Virus record (IMG/VR): IMGVR_UViG_3300034198_017033 | Coordinates: 32,445-96,444 of that record | Length of the DNA stretch: 64,000 nucleotides | DNA from: a virus | Direction: 5' to 3' (one strand) | Shown: in pieces, positions 18,725 through 26,386 of the stretch | Layout: the number at the start of each line of letters is the position of its first letter | How positions within the stretch are numbered: the stretch's first letter is position 1 | Notes under the pieces: generated by a model | The model's input: only the letters and a program-made list of their open reading frames with translations | Told to the model about the DNA's origin: nothing | Database searches by the model: none | Position numbers and translations under genes: made by a program

Positions 18725-19266
18725 TTGTTATTTCTTTCTTCTTCGTGTACTTCTCTGTGACAATTAGCACAAACTAAAATACATTTATCTAATTCTTTTT
18801 TTATTTTTTCCCAAGATGTACAATGACCTTTTCTGCTTATTAAAAAATCTTTTTCATTTGGGTCCATATGGTGAAACTCTAAAGCACCTATGTATTTATT
18901 ATAACCACATCTCTGACATGAACCGCCTTTGTATTCAACTGCCATCTCTTTGACTTTTTGTCTTCTTTTTACAACGGCTTTAACAGCTTTTTCTTTCCTC
19001 TCTTCTTCGCTTAAATAGACTCTTTTATTTTCAGTATATTTAGTTACAGTTGAAGCTCCAATCCCGAAATGTTTAGCTGTTTCAGCTTTACTATGAGTTA
19101 AATAATACTCATTAATTTTAGAAATTAAACTGTCAGTTATAACCTTACCACCTAAACCATTATTGTTAATGTGATATGATACGGTGCTTTTAGCACAACC
19201 CAATTCTTTAACAATTTCATCAATTTTTAAACCTTTTTTTCTTAATTCTAATATTTTTTCTTTCAT
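18712..19266 (-). CDS. HNH endonuclease with an N-terminal HTH (homing-endonuclease-like), inserted in the tRNA array
   Basis: HNH motif CQRCGY...EFHHMDP...LVCANCHREVH. N-terminal HTH IDEIVKELGCAKSTVSYHI. Confidence 0.6.
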   Translation of the reverse strand: MKEKILELRKKGLKIDEIVKELGCAKSTVSYHINNNGLGGKVITDSLISKINEYYLTHSKAETAKHFGIGASTVTKYTENKRVYLSEEERKEKAVKAVVKRRQKVKEMAVEYKGGSCQRCGYNKYIGALEFHHMDPNEKDFLISRKGHCTSWEKIKKELDKCILVCANCHREVHEEERNNKGLS

Positions 19267-19333
19267 AATTTGTTTTTATTATAAATATAATAAATTCGAA
19301 CAAAAAGTCAATAGATTAACAAAAAAATTTTCG

Positions 19334-19419
19334 CTCTGGCTGTAGGATTCGAACCTACGTTGAGGGTGTACCCTAGCAGATTAACAGTCTGCTGCCATCG
19401 TCCACTCGGCCAAACCAGA
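19334..19419 (-). tRNA. class-II-like tRNA (long variable arm), anticodon GTT, discriminator G
   Basis: Acceptor TCTGGTT/AGCCAGA. D-arm GCC-GAGTGGACGAT-GGC. Anticodon arm GCAGA-CTGTTAA-TCTGC is one base from the E. coli tRNA-Tyr arm GCAGACTGTAAATCTGC. Variable hairpin GGGTACACCC. T-arm GTAGG-TTCGAAT-CCTAC. Confidence 0.5.
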
Positions 19420-19525
19420 ATTTTATATTTTTATCAATACACCGAGTACCACAATTACGGTGCGCCTCTGGTCCATTCGCCAGCGTTGCTGTTTTTACCC
19501 GTGGTTACACCATTTGATAGGGTGT

Positions 19526-19598
19526 GGTCCCCTCGGGACTCGAACCCGAAACCGTCGCGTTATGAGCGCGCTGCGCTAACCAATTGCGCCAGAGGACC
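19526..19598 (-). tRNA. tRNA-Met/Ile2 (anticodon CAT)
   Basis: Acceptor GGTCCTC/GGGGACC. D-arm GCGC-AATTGGTTA-GCGC. Anticodon loop CTCATAA. T-arm TCGGG-TTCGAGT-CCCGA. Confidence 0.7.
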
Positions 19599-19832
19599 TT
19601 ATTTACGTTTTTCAACAATATACTTGATGTAATCTTCGTATCCATCATCATCGTCTTCATCTTCATTTTCTTCTGGTTCAAAGTCTTCATCTAACATTTC
19701 GTCCAGAATTTTAAAAGCAATTTTCATTATTTCTTGTTCTTTACCCTTCAATTGTGGGTTAGGAAGCAAAATGAACAATCCAACTATGGCTTCTACCAAT
19801 CCTTTTTCATTTTCACTATATTGTCTTTTCAT
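19599..19832 (-). CDS. small protein with an acidic C-terminal tail
   Basis: Start MKRQYSENEKG (ATG at 19832), wedged between two tRNAs. The tail is EENEDEDDDDGYEDY. Confidence 0.4.
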   Translation of the reverse strand: MKRQYSENEKGLVEAIVGLFILLPNPQLKGKEQEIMKIAFKILDEMLDEDFEPEENEDEDDDDGYEDYIKYIVEKRK

Positions 19833-19834
19833 AG

Positions 19835-19918
19835 TTGTGACGGTGGGACTCGAACCCACATTGTGTTATAAACACCCAGCGTATCAGGCTGGTGACTAAA
19901 CCATTCATCCACATCACA
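19835..19918 (-). tRNA. class-II-like tRNA-like gene, anticodon GAT; the D-arm is poorly formed
   Basis: Acceptor TGTGATG/CGTCACA. Anticodon arm CCAGC-CTGATAC-GCTGG. Extra hairpin GTGTT-TAT-AACAC. T-arm GTGGG-TTCGAGT-CCCAC. Confidence 0.4.
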
Positions 19919-19924
19919 GTTTGT

Positions 19925-19995
19925 AGGCATGTCGAGACTCGAACTCGAAATACAAAAGTATCAGTCTTGCGTGATAACCAATTTCACCACACGCC
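19925..19995 (-). tRNA. tRNA-Ile (anticodon GAT)
   Basis: Acceptor GGCGTGT/ACATGCC. D-arm GTGA-AATTGGTTA-TCAC. Anticodon stem-loop CAAGA-CTGATAC-TTTTG. T-arm TCGAG-TTCGAGT-CTCGA. Confidence 0.7.
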
Positions 19996-20005
19996 TATGT
20001 TTTAG

Positions 20006-20077
20006 CACTACGCTCAGGACTCGAACCTGAAACCTTGGTTTTGGAGACCAAGATGATAGCCATTTCACCAGCGAAGT
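20006..20077 (-). tRNA. tRNA-Trp (anticodon CCA)
   Basis: Anticodon stem-loop TTGGT-CTCCAAA-ACCAA. T-arm TCAGG-TTCGAGT-CCTGA. The D-stem pairs U11 with A24. Confidence 0.7.
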
Positions 20078-20084
20078 ATAAAAG

Positions 20085-20157
20085 GGTGACTAAGGAGAAT
20101 CGAACTCCCATTTCCAGAACCACAATCTAGCGTGTTAACCGTTACACTATAGCCACC
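20085..20157 (-). tRNA. tRNA-His (anticodon GTG) with G-1
   Basis: Extra 5' G opposite discriminator C. Acceptor GTGGCTA/TAGTCAC. Anticodon stem-loop CTAGA-TTGTGGT-TCTGG. Confidence 0.8.
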
Positions 20158-20171
20158 ATGTTTAATTTACA

Positions 20172-20196
20172 ATCACCGCATTTTTGCGGTGATTAT
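20172..20196. repeat. perfect palindrome aatcaccgcatttttgcggtgatt
   Basis: A 9-bp stem with a 5-nt loop. Related tgcggtga and tcaccgca copies lie at 20219-20230 and 20684-20695, flanking the nuclease gene. Confidence 0.5.
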
Positions 20197-20210
20197 CTTT
20201 TCTATTCGCC

Positions 20211-20645
20211 TTATTTTTGCGGTGAATATTTTTCAATGTAATTTATTAAATTTTTTAGGTAATTAACATCTTCTTTTACGTTACCCAATAATTTATTACA
20301 TTTATCACATAAAATATCTCTAACAACACCAGTCAAATGACAATGGTCTACGTGTGTTTTTTTATCATTTTTTAAAACATCACTACAGATAGAACATTTA
20401 TGTTCTTGTTTATCTAATTTTAATAAATATTCTTCTTTAGTAAGACCATAATTTCTTAAAATTGAATTATACTTTATTTTTTCTTTTTGAATAGGGTCTT
20501 GATATCTAACCTTATTCCTATTATTTTCACATTCTTTACAATAATGATTTAAACCATCTTTATTATAATTTTTTACACCAAATAAATCAATACTTTTTTC
20601 TTCTTGACATTTGGAACACCTTTTAACGTTTATATTTATTTCCAT
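20211..20645 (-). CDS. endonuclease VII-like (T4 gp49 family) HNH/zinc-finger nuclease
   Basis: HVDHCHLTGVVRDILCDKCNKLLGN resembles the T4 endo VII core HLDHDHELNG...RGLLCNLCN. An N-terminal Cys pair is also present. Confidence 0.6.
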   Translation of the reverse strand: MEININVKRCSKCQEEKSIDLFGVKNYNKDGLNHYCKECENNRNKVRYQDPIQKEKIKYNSILRNYGLTKEEYLLKLDKQEHKCSICSDVLKNDKKTHVDHCHLTGVVRDILCDKCNKLLGNVKEDVNYLKNLINYIEKYSPQK

Positions 20646-20715
20646 ACTAATAAATATATTACATTTTGTAAAAGTGCGGATAATTTTTACTATTCACCGC
20701 ATGTGTAAATTTTTG

Positions 20716-20803
20716 CGGAGGAGACAGGACTCGAACCTGCAACCCACTTTCGCGAGACTAGTTTTCAAGACTAGAGCGGTCAACCATTACGCTTTACTCC
20801 TCC
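20716..20803 (-). tRNA. tRNA-Ser (anticodon TGA), class II
   Basis: Acceptor GGAGGAG/CTCCTCC. Anticodon stem-loop CTAGT-CTTGAAA-ACTAG. Long variable arm. T-arm CAGG-TTCGAGT-CCTG. Confidence 0.8.
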
Positions 20804-20985
20804 AAATTATCGTCCGTTTTAATATCTACAAATATTACGGTGAACCCACCTTCTTTTTGAAATTTTAGCTCTCCGTGATATCCACTGGCATCTGCTATTT
20901 TTCTGTACTTGTCAACTATTAGGTTAAAGTCTTTAACTAAGTTGACACTTTTTTCAGTTCCTAATTTTCTTACTAATTCACCCAT
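20794..20985 (-). CDS. hypothetical small protein
   Basis: 63-aa ORF. Confidence 0.3.
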   Translation of the reverse strand: MGELVRKLGTEKSVNLVKDFNLIVDKYRKIADASGYHGELKFQKEGGFTVIFVDIKTDDNLEE

Positions 20986-20991
20986 AGTTTT

Positions 20992-21030
20992 AAAATAAAA
21001 AACCCGACTAAGCTTTTAACTAGTCGGGTT
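20992..21030 (-). terminator. intrinsic terminator (cccgactag..ctagtcggg with a U-tract on the minus strand)
   Basis: Strong stem followed by TTTTTT in minus orientation. Confidence 0.55.
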
Positions 21031-21210
21031 GTGTATTGTTATATGTGTTTCTGAATTATACTTCAGTCCCACCTTGGCAATTAGACATACCCGACATTTG
21101 GTGACTATTGCGTCTCCAATTCGAAATCGATATCATATGTATGTTAATTGTTCTCATTTTGTTTTATTTTTGTATTTGTTTATAAATATATCCTTGTTTT
21201 AAAAAGTTAT

Positions 21211-21225
21211 GCAAATATACTAACT
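21211..21225 (-). promoter_or_regulatory. -7 promoter element (gcaaatatactaac) driving an ORF-poor ~190-nt unit that ends at the 20992-21030 terminator
   Basis: Consensus motif. No ORF of 60 aa or more lies between it and the terminator. Confidence 0.45.
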
Positions 21226-21238
21226 ATTTTAATACAAG

Positions 21239-21595
21239 TCAAGTTTTTATTAATTTTTTTTCTATTTTTTTTATTTTTTTACCATTTTCAACATATGTTA
21301 ACGTTATAACATATTCACCTTCAATCAATTTACCACCAAAAAAAACATTGCTATTATTAACATGTTGTTTTATATTAAAAACTTCCACAAAATGTTTTTC
21401 CTTTTTATAGTCTAGAATTATTTTAGAACACTTAATTTCAACTTCAACTTGTGATTTATTTTCATCTATATCACCAACCCTAACTATAAACTCTTTGTTT
21501 GTATAATCAACATTAAACGTAAATAATTCATTCTTTAGTTTTTGGGCTTTAATCGATAAAGAAAACATTAAAAAAGCAATAAAAAATACTTTCAT
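21239..21595 (-). CDS. small secreted protein
   Basis: Start MKVFFIAFLMFSLSIKAQ (signal peptide). Promoter motif at 21620-21634. Confidence 0.45.
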   Translation of the reverse strand: MKVFFIAFLMFSLSIKAQKLKNELFTFNVDYTNKEFIVRVGDIDENKSQVEVEIKCSKIILDYKKEKHFVEVFNIKQHVNNSNVFFGGKLIEGEYVITLTYVENGKKIKKIEKKLIKT

Positions 21596-21669
21596 GGTTT
21601 TTTGTTTTAAAATTAATAGTGCAAAGATATACATTTTTTTTTAATAAAAAAATGTTTTATGGTTTTTTT

Positions 21670-22863
21670 TTAAAAACCATAAAATGAAAAACCTTTTTTG
21701 TTGTAAATTCCTTTAATTTTTTGATTATTACTACCATTAATTATAACACTCCCCTCAGTATCTTTATCACTGGTTACAACTTTAATCGTTACAAAACCTA
21801 AATCACTTAAATCTAAAGTCTTTGGGGTGTGTAAGTCATATAAGTAAATAGGTTTATTGTTATTATACCTATCTATTAATATTTTTAAAGCATTATTATA
21901 ATAAGTGTCGTTATCCGCTAAGGGTTGTGTCAATAAAGTTTTTAATTCATCTAAAGTACCTTCAAAAAGTTTAGTATTATTTCCCAATTCATTATCTTTA
22001 ACAATTCCCATCGTTGTTGACACCAAATAATGTGGATGGTATTTGTCACCATCACCAAAAAAACCAGTACTGGTAATTAATTCACCTCTAGAATTGTATA
22101 CTAATAAATTATCTGGATTCTTACCTGGGGAGATAATAATCGAATTAAAATAACCATTTAAATTACCACCAAAACTAGCAACAATGTTTATAGAAACACC
22201 TTGTTCTTTCGTAAACTTTTGAGAATCTTTTGAATCCAAACCACTAATATATTTGGTATCACCTATTTTAGTCGTGATATTTGACACAATTACTTTATTA
22301 CCATATTTAGCTTCAATATATTCTTTAGCTTTTTCCGCTCTTTTTGTTGCTAATTCTTCATTTGTCATACCTGCTGGTGGTGTTACTAGGGAAGCTTTAC
22401 CAACAATCTCAATAATTATTTGGTTAACACCTTTATCTTGATTAAGATACCTGTTAATAGTTCTAGAAACATCTAATTTTATATTATCCGATAACTCAAC
22501 TTCAGCACTTTTATTTACAGAAGATATATTAATTGAGTTATCTATTTTTGATTGTGCTTGTGTATTAGTCATACCTAAAGCCATCAAACCACTTATTAAA
22601 GCAATTTTAGCATAATCAAATACCCCTTCAACTATTTTATTTTCATCAATAGAATCGTCTTTTAAAACTAATATTAACTTATTTATTACATTTTTAAGTT
22701 CATTTTCTAAATTTTCACCTGAATTTACTCTTTTTGTTAAATCATTAACCTTGTTTGTTAAATCATTAATCATTGAGTCTTTACCAATTTTTTCTTCAAT
22801 GAATTTATTTTCTAATAAAATATTAGCTTTGTTAATAATGGATATTTTATTTTTTCTATTCAT
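21670..22863 (-). CDS. hypothetical protein (N-terminal coiled coil)
   Basis: 397-aa ORF. Confidence 0.5.
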   Translation of the reverse strand: MNRKNKISIINKANILLENKFIEEKIGKDSMINDLTNKVNDLTKRVNSGENLENELKNVINKLILVLKDDSIDENKIVEGVFDYAKIALISGLMALGMTNTQAQSKIDNSINISSVNKSAEVELSDNIKLDVSRTINRYLNQDKGVNQIIIEIVGKASLVTPPAGMTNEELATKRAEKAKEYIEAKYGNKVIVSNITTKIGDTKYISGLDSKDSQKFTKEQGVSINIVASFGGNLNGYFNSIIISPGKNPDNLLVYNSRGELITSTGFFGDGDKYHPHYLVSTTMGIVKDNELGNNTKLFEGTLDELKTLLTQPLADNDTYYNNALKILIDRYNNNKPIYLYDLHTPKTLDLSDLGFVTIKVVTSDKDTEGSVIINGSNNQKIKGIYNKKGFSFYGF

Positions 22864-22906
22864 TTGTTAAAAATTGTTTGTTTTTCATTTTTTTTTTATG
22901 TTTGAC

Positions 22907-23182
22907 TTAAAAAGTTATTCTAACACTAAAAATTTTACCATTTTTAGTTATTTCACCAACTTTAGCGTCTGGTTTTTCTTTTTTTAGTTTAGCTATGTCT
23001 TGTTTCAAATCATTTTTATCTGTAGACGTTAAAACTGTTGATTCGTTATTTTCCGTTATTTCAGCTTCGTCAACACGTTTAATAGAATTAAATGTCTTTG
23101 CAAAGTTTTCTAATATGGCTTTCTCTTTATCAGCTAGTATTTGTTTTCTGTCTGATTCTGTTAAAAATTGTTTCTTTTTCAT
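22907..23182 (-). CDS. hypothetical protein
   Basis: 91-aa ORF. Confidence 0.4.
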   Translation of the reverse strand: MKKKQFLTESDRKQILADKEKAILENFAKTFNSIKRVDEAEITENNESTVLTSTDKNDLKQDIAKLKKEKPDAKVGEITKNGKIFSVRITF

Positions 23183-23221
23183 TTGTTTGTATATTCTTTT
23201 ATATAATGTAATTATTGTTTT

Positions 23222-23821
23222 TTATTTAAAATCATCAAAAAAACCGTTTGGTGGTAAATCATTATCTTTTCTAAAATTACCCAATTCAAAATTATGTCTG
23301 TCCATAAATTTTTCAAATTCTTCACTAAGATTACCATAACTTAAAGGATACATATTATCTATTAAAATTAAAACATCTTGATGGTATTCACCACCAAATT
23401 GAATTTCATCTTCTACACCCTCTTCCAATTTTATAATCACAAAATAAACACCATCTGGTGATTTGCGTAATGATGGGAAAACATAACCAATTTTCCCAGC
23501 GTTTTCAATTGAATATCTTTGTGTTATTGGTTGTTCATTCACTTCTTTTACTTTAACTCTTAATTTCAAATCACCGAATGTGTTTCCGTTATCTCTATAA
23601 AATTTTATTAAATCAATTTTTTTTAACTTTTCAATATCGTTACCAGCTGATAACAATACAACTTTATCAACTTCTGATAATTTATCAAAATCAGCAGTTT
23701 TTAATAAGTTATCTAAAGCTGTGTTGATATTTTCTTTTAAGAACCCTTTAGATTCTAAGTATCTTTGTTCAGATAGTAAATTAGCTTTTTTAATATTTTT
23801 AATTTTATCAAATTTTCTCAT
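23222..23821 (-). CDS. hypothetical protein
   Basis: 199-aa ORF. Confidence 0.45.
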   Translation of the reverse strand: MRKFDKIKNIKKANLLSEQRYLESKGFLKENINTALDNLLKTADFDKLSEVDKVVLLSAGNDIEKLKKIDLIKFYRDNGNTFGDLKLRVKVKEVNEQPITQRYSIENAGKIGYVFPSLRKSPDGVYFVIIKLEEGVEDEIQFGGEYHQDVLILIDNMYPLSYGNLSEEFEKFMDRHNFELGNFRKDNDLPPNGFFDDFK

Positions 23822-23853
23822 CTTTAATTTTATTTATAAATATCTAAATAAAA

Positions 23854-24297
23854 TTAAAAAATTTCAGCAGTTATATAAACTTCACCAGTTGTTGCAACCA
23901 ATTCTCTACGCTTAAGCCAATCATTTAAGTTATTAAGACCCTTAAACTGCTGACCCCAGATATAATCATATCCAAGTGTCCTTGGATAGTCTTTAAGTTT
24001 ATTACCGTAACCTAACCCTCTTATTGATGAATCGATAAACAATAGAACACCTTCAACACCTCTTAAAACTTCATATTTTGGTGCATCGACATAATCGGTT
24101 AATTGAGTATCACCCAACAAATAAACACCTAATATTGTATCATCGTCTGTTACAAGCATCGCTGATATACCCCAATTTGTAACACCTTTTAAATAAAAAT
24201 CATAACCTTGTCTGGACATTAAGTGTTTAAAATTTGGGTATGTAAAATCCAAAACATATTGGATTAAGTCTTCTGGGATTCCTTGTTTAATTTTCAT
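23854..24297 (-). CDS. GNAT-family N-acetyltransferase (putative)
   Basis: VEGVLLFIDSSIRGLGYGNKL resembles GNAT motif A (the R/Q-x-x-G-x-G/A acetyl-CoA loop). Confidence 0.45.
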   Translation of the reverse strand: MKIKQGIPEDLIQYVLDFTYPNFKHLMSRQGYDFYLKGVTNWGISAMLVTDDDTILGVYLLGDTQLTDYVDAPKYEVLRGVEGVLLFIDSSIRGLGYGNKLKDYPRTLGYDYIWGQQFKGLNNLNDWLKRRELVATTGEVYITAEIF

Positions 24298-24766
24298 CGG
24301 TTATTATTTCAAAAAATTGATATTGTCTTGGTGACCAAATGTAGTCTAGTTGTTCTTGTGTGTATTGTATTTGCCCAAGCCATGGGTCAAGTATATTGTA
24401 TTTTTCATCATCAAATCCATTTACTATTATCCAATGTGGAACACCTTGTGTGATTGTTCTAACAATTGGAATGTTGTCTGAATCGATAACGCTTCTCAAT
24501 AACATATATGGGTTAGGAGAGTGTGTGTATTCCACATATTTCATATCATACTTATCAAAACCTTTAATCATTCTTTCTGGTGGTGTTCCTACCACCCAAT
24601 CAGTTCCGCAATCATCGGCTATTTCTTCTATGGGTTTTGTGATGTATACGTCAAAGGGTAAGTCGTTTGGTTTGTTGATTATGTAGTTTAGTGCCATGTA
24701 GATACATGTTGGTCCACATGTATTGCCAGTTGGTTGTTGTTTATAACTAATCGTAATCTTCTTCAT
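24287..24766 (-). CDS. C39-like papain-fold cysteine peptidase (putative)
   Basis: QQPTGNTCGPTCIYMALNY (a Q...CG Cys motif) with a later VPHWIIVNGFD candidate His. The start is uncertain among several Met codons. Confidence 0.45.
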   Translation of the reverse strand: MKKITISYKQQPTGNTCGPTCIYMALNYIINKPNDLPFDVYITKPIEEIADDCGTDWVVGTPPERMIKGFDKYDMKYVEYTHSPNPYMLLRSVIDSDNIPIVRTITQGVPHWIIVNGFDDEKYNILDPWLGQIQYTQEQLDYIWSPRQYQFFEIITDEN

Positions 24767-25124
24767 CACCGTAATTGTCGTACATATCATCCATATCATC
24801 TTCATCATCAAAATCAGAATCATCTTCATCACCAATAACTTCTTCTAAGAACGCTTCATCAATAAATACTCCGAATGAGTCACCAAATAATTTTTTAAGT
24901 GATTTAGCTTCTTCATTTGTAATTTCTTTAAAATCAACTCTAGATAAGAAATCATCTCCACTTGAGAATTCTAATTCATCTTGACCCATGGCGTAAATAA
25001 AAGGCCATGTAATGCTCATCGCAGTTTCTTCAAAGCTTTCAACTTCTTTTTCTGTCATTACGGTAAAACCGTTAATTTCAATGTCATCTAACGTGTCGGT
25101 AAATGTTACTAAAAATTTTGCCAT
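24747..25124 (-). CDS. hypothetical protein with an acidic C-terminal tail
   Basis: The tail is DEDDSDFDDEDDMDDMYDNYGDEEDYD. Confidence 0.45.
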   Translation of the reverse strand: MAKFLVTFTDTLDDIEINGFTVMTEKEVESFEETAMSITWPFIYAMGQDELEFSSGDDFLSRVDFKEITNEEAKSLKKLFGDSFGVFIDEAFLEEVIGDEDDSDFDDEDDMDDMYDNYGDEEDYD

Positions 25125-25176
25125 ATTCTTTTTGTTTATACGAATAAATATACTAATACACTAAACGAAATCAATA

Positions 25177-26349
25177 TTATTTTAATAATTTTTCAAAGTT
25201 AGCTGTTTCCATTTTTTGGATGGCTTTTCCCAACTCAGGACTTGGTTTCAAATCAAATTTTTCCATAGCCTCTGGTCCGCTAACGCTAAGTCTATATTGT
25301 TCAAAAGCGTTTAACAATTTTTCTGGTATGTTTTCTTTCTCACCAAATTCTCTAATTTGTTTATCAGAAACACCAGCAGTTTGTTGCATTTTTTTCAACA
25401 AGTATGCGGTATCAACACTCAATTTTAAGAATGAAATTAAAAACACAATCGCTTTTATTTCGTCTGCTGAGTATTTCAATTCATTTAATTTTCTTCTTAA
25501 CAAATCAATTTCGTTATCTTTTAATAAACTAGCCAATTCAACAATGTAATTGTCAACTTTACCAGAGTTTCTCATGTATGATTTTTTATTCAATAACATG
25601 TTAGGTAACACCCATTTGAATAAGTCATATTTATCTAACATTTCCATGTATTTTTTAAATGACTTAGCTGAGATTAATCCTTTGATAAACTCATCTCTAA
25701 TACGCTCACCAGAAATACCTTCAAGACTTGCATCTTTTTGTAATGCCATATCTGTTGCTGGGTCTAAATCAGAACCAAATCTACCAGCAAATCTAATCGC
25801 TCTTAGAATTCTAAGCCTATCTTCACCAAATCTATCTTCTGGGGCACCAACAGTTCTCACAACACCGTTTTTAAGGTCGTCTACACCACCTACAAGGTCA
25901 ACTATTTCTTTTGTGTCTATATCATAGAACAAAGCGTTGATTGTAAGGTCACGTCTTTTTACATCACCATCTATATTTGTAAATTCAACACTGTCTGGTC
26001 TTCTACCAGAACCAATATCATTTCGAAACGTAGCTACTTCATATTCTCCTTGGTCAGTGAATACGTTGATAACACCAAAAGCTTTACCAGTTGGTAGGGT
26101 TCTGAACCCAGCATCTTGCATCATTTCTTCTACTTTGTCAGGAACAGCATCTGTAGCTAAATCAAAATCCTTAGGTGTTTTTCCTAATAGGGCATCGCGC
26201 ACAGCTCCACCAACCACATATAATTTATATCCGTTTTTGGTGAACACCTTTTGGATTTCAATTATATCTGATGGTATTTGGAAGTCAAATTTAATTCTTT
26301 CTTCCATTGTAAGTCCTTCTCTAAGTATTTGTTTTATCTGTGTTTTCAT
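25177..26349 (-). CDS. CCA-adding tRNA nucleotidyltransferase (class II)
   Basis: Head-domain motifs GGAVRDALLGKTPKDFDLAT and RRDLTINA. Start MKTQIKQILREGL carries the shared N-terminal motif. The -7 box abuts the ATG. Confidence 0.75.
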   Translation of the reverse strand: MKTQIKQILREGLTMEERIKFDFQIPSDIIEIQKVFTKNGYKLYVVGGAVRDALLGKTPKDFDLATDAVPDKVEEMMQDAGFRTLPTGKAFGVINVFTDQGEYEVATFRNDIGSGRRPDSVEFTNIDGDVKRRDLTINALFYDIDTKEIVDLVGGVDDLKNGVVRTVGAPEDRFGEDRLRILRAIRFAGRFGSDLDPATDMALQKDASLEGISGERIRDEFIKGLISAKSFKKYMEMLDKYDLFKWVLPNMLLNKKSYMRNSGKVDNYIVELASLLKDNEIDLLRRKLNELKYSADEIKAIVFLISFLKLSVDTAYLLKKMQQTAGVSDKQIREFGEKENIPEKLLNAFEQYRLSVSGPEAMEKFDLKPSPELGKAIQKMETANFEKLLK

Positions 26350-26350
26350 T

Positions 26351-26363
26351 TTGCAAAGATACA
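26351..26363 (-). promoter_or_regulatory. -7 promoter element (ttgcaaagataca) only 4 nt from the ATG
   Basis: Consensus motif immediately adjacent to the start codon at 26349. Confidence 0.45.
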
Positions 26364-26386
26364 ATTTTATTTTTAAAAAACAAAAA

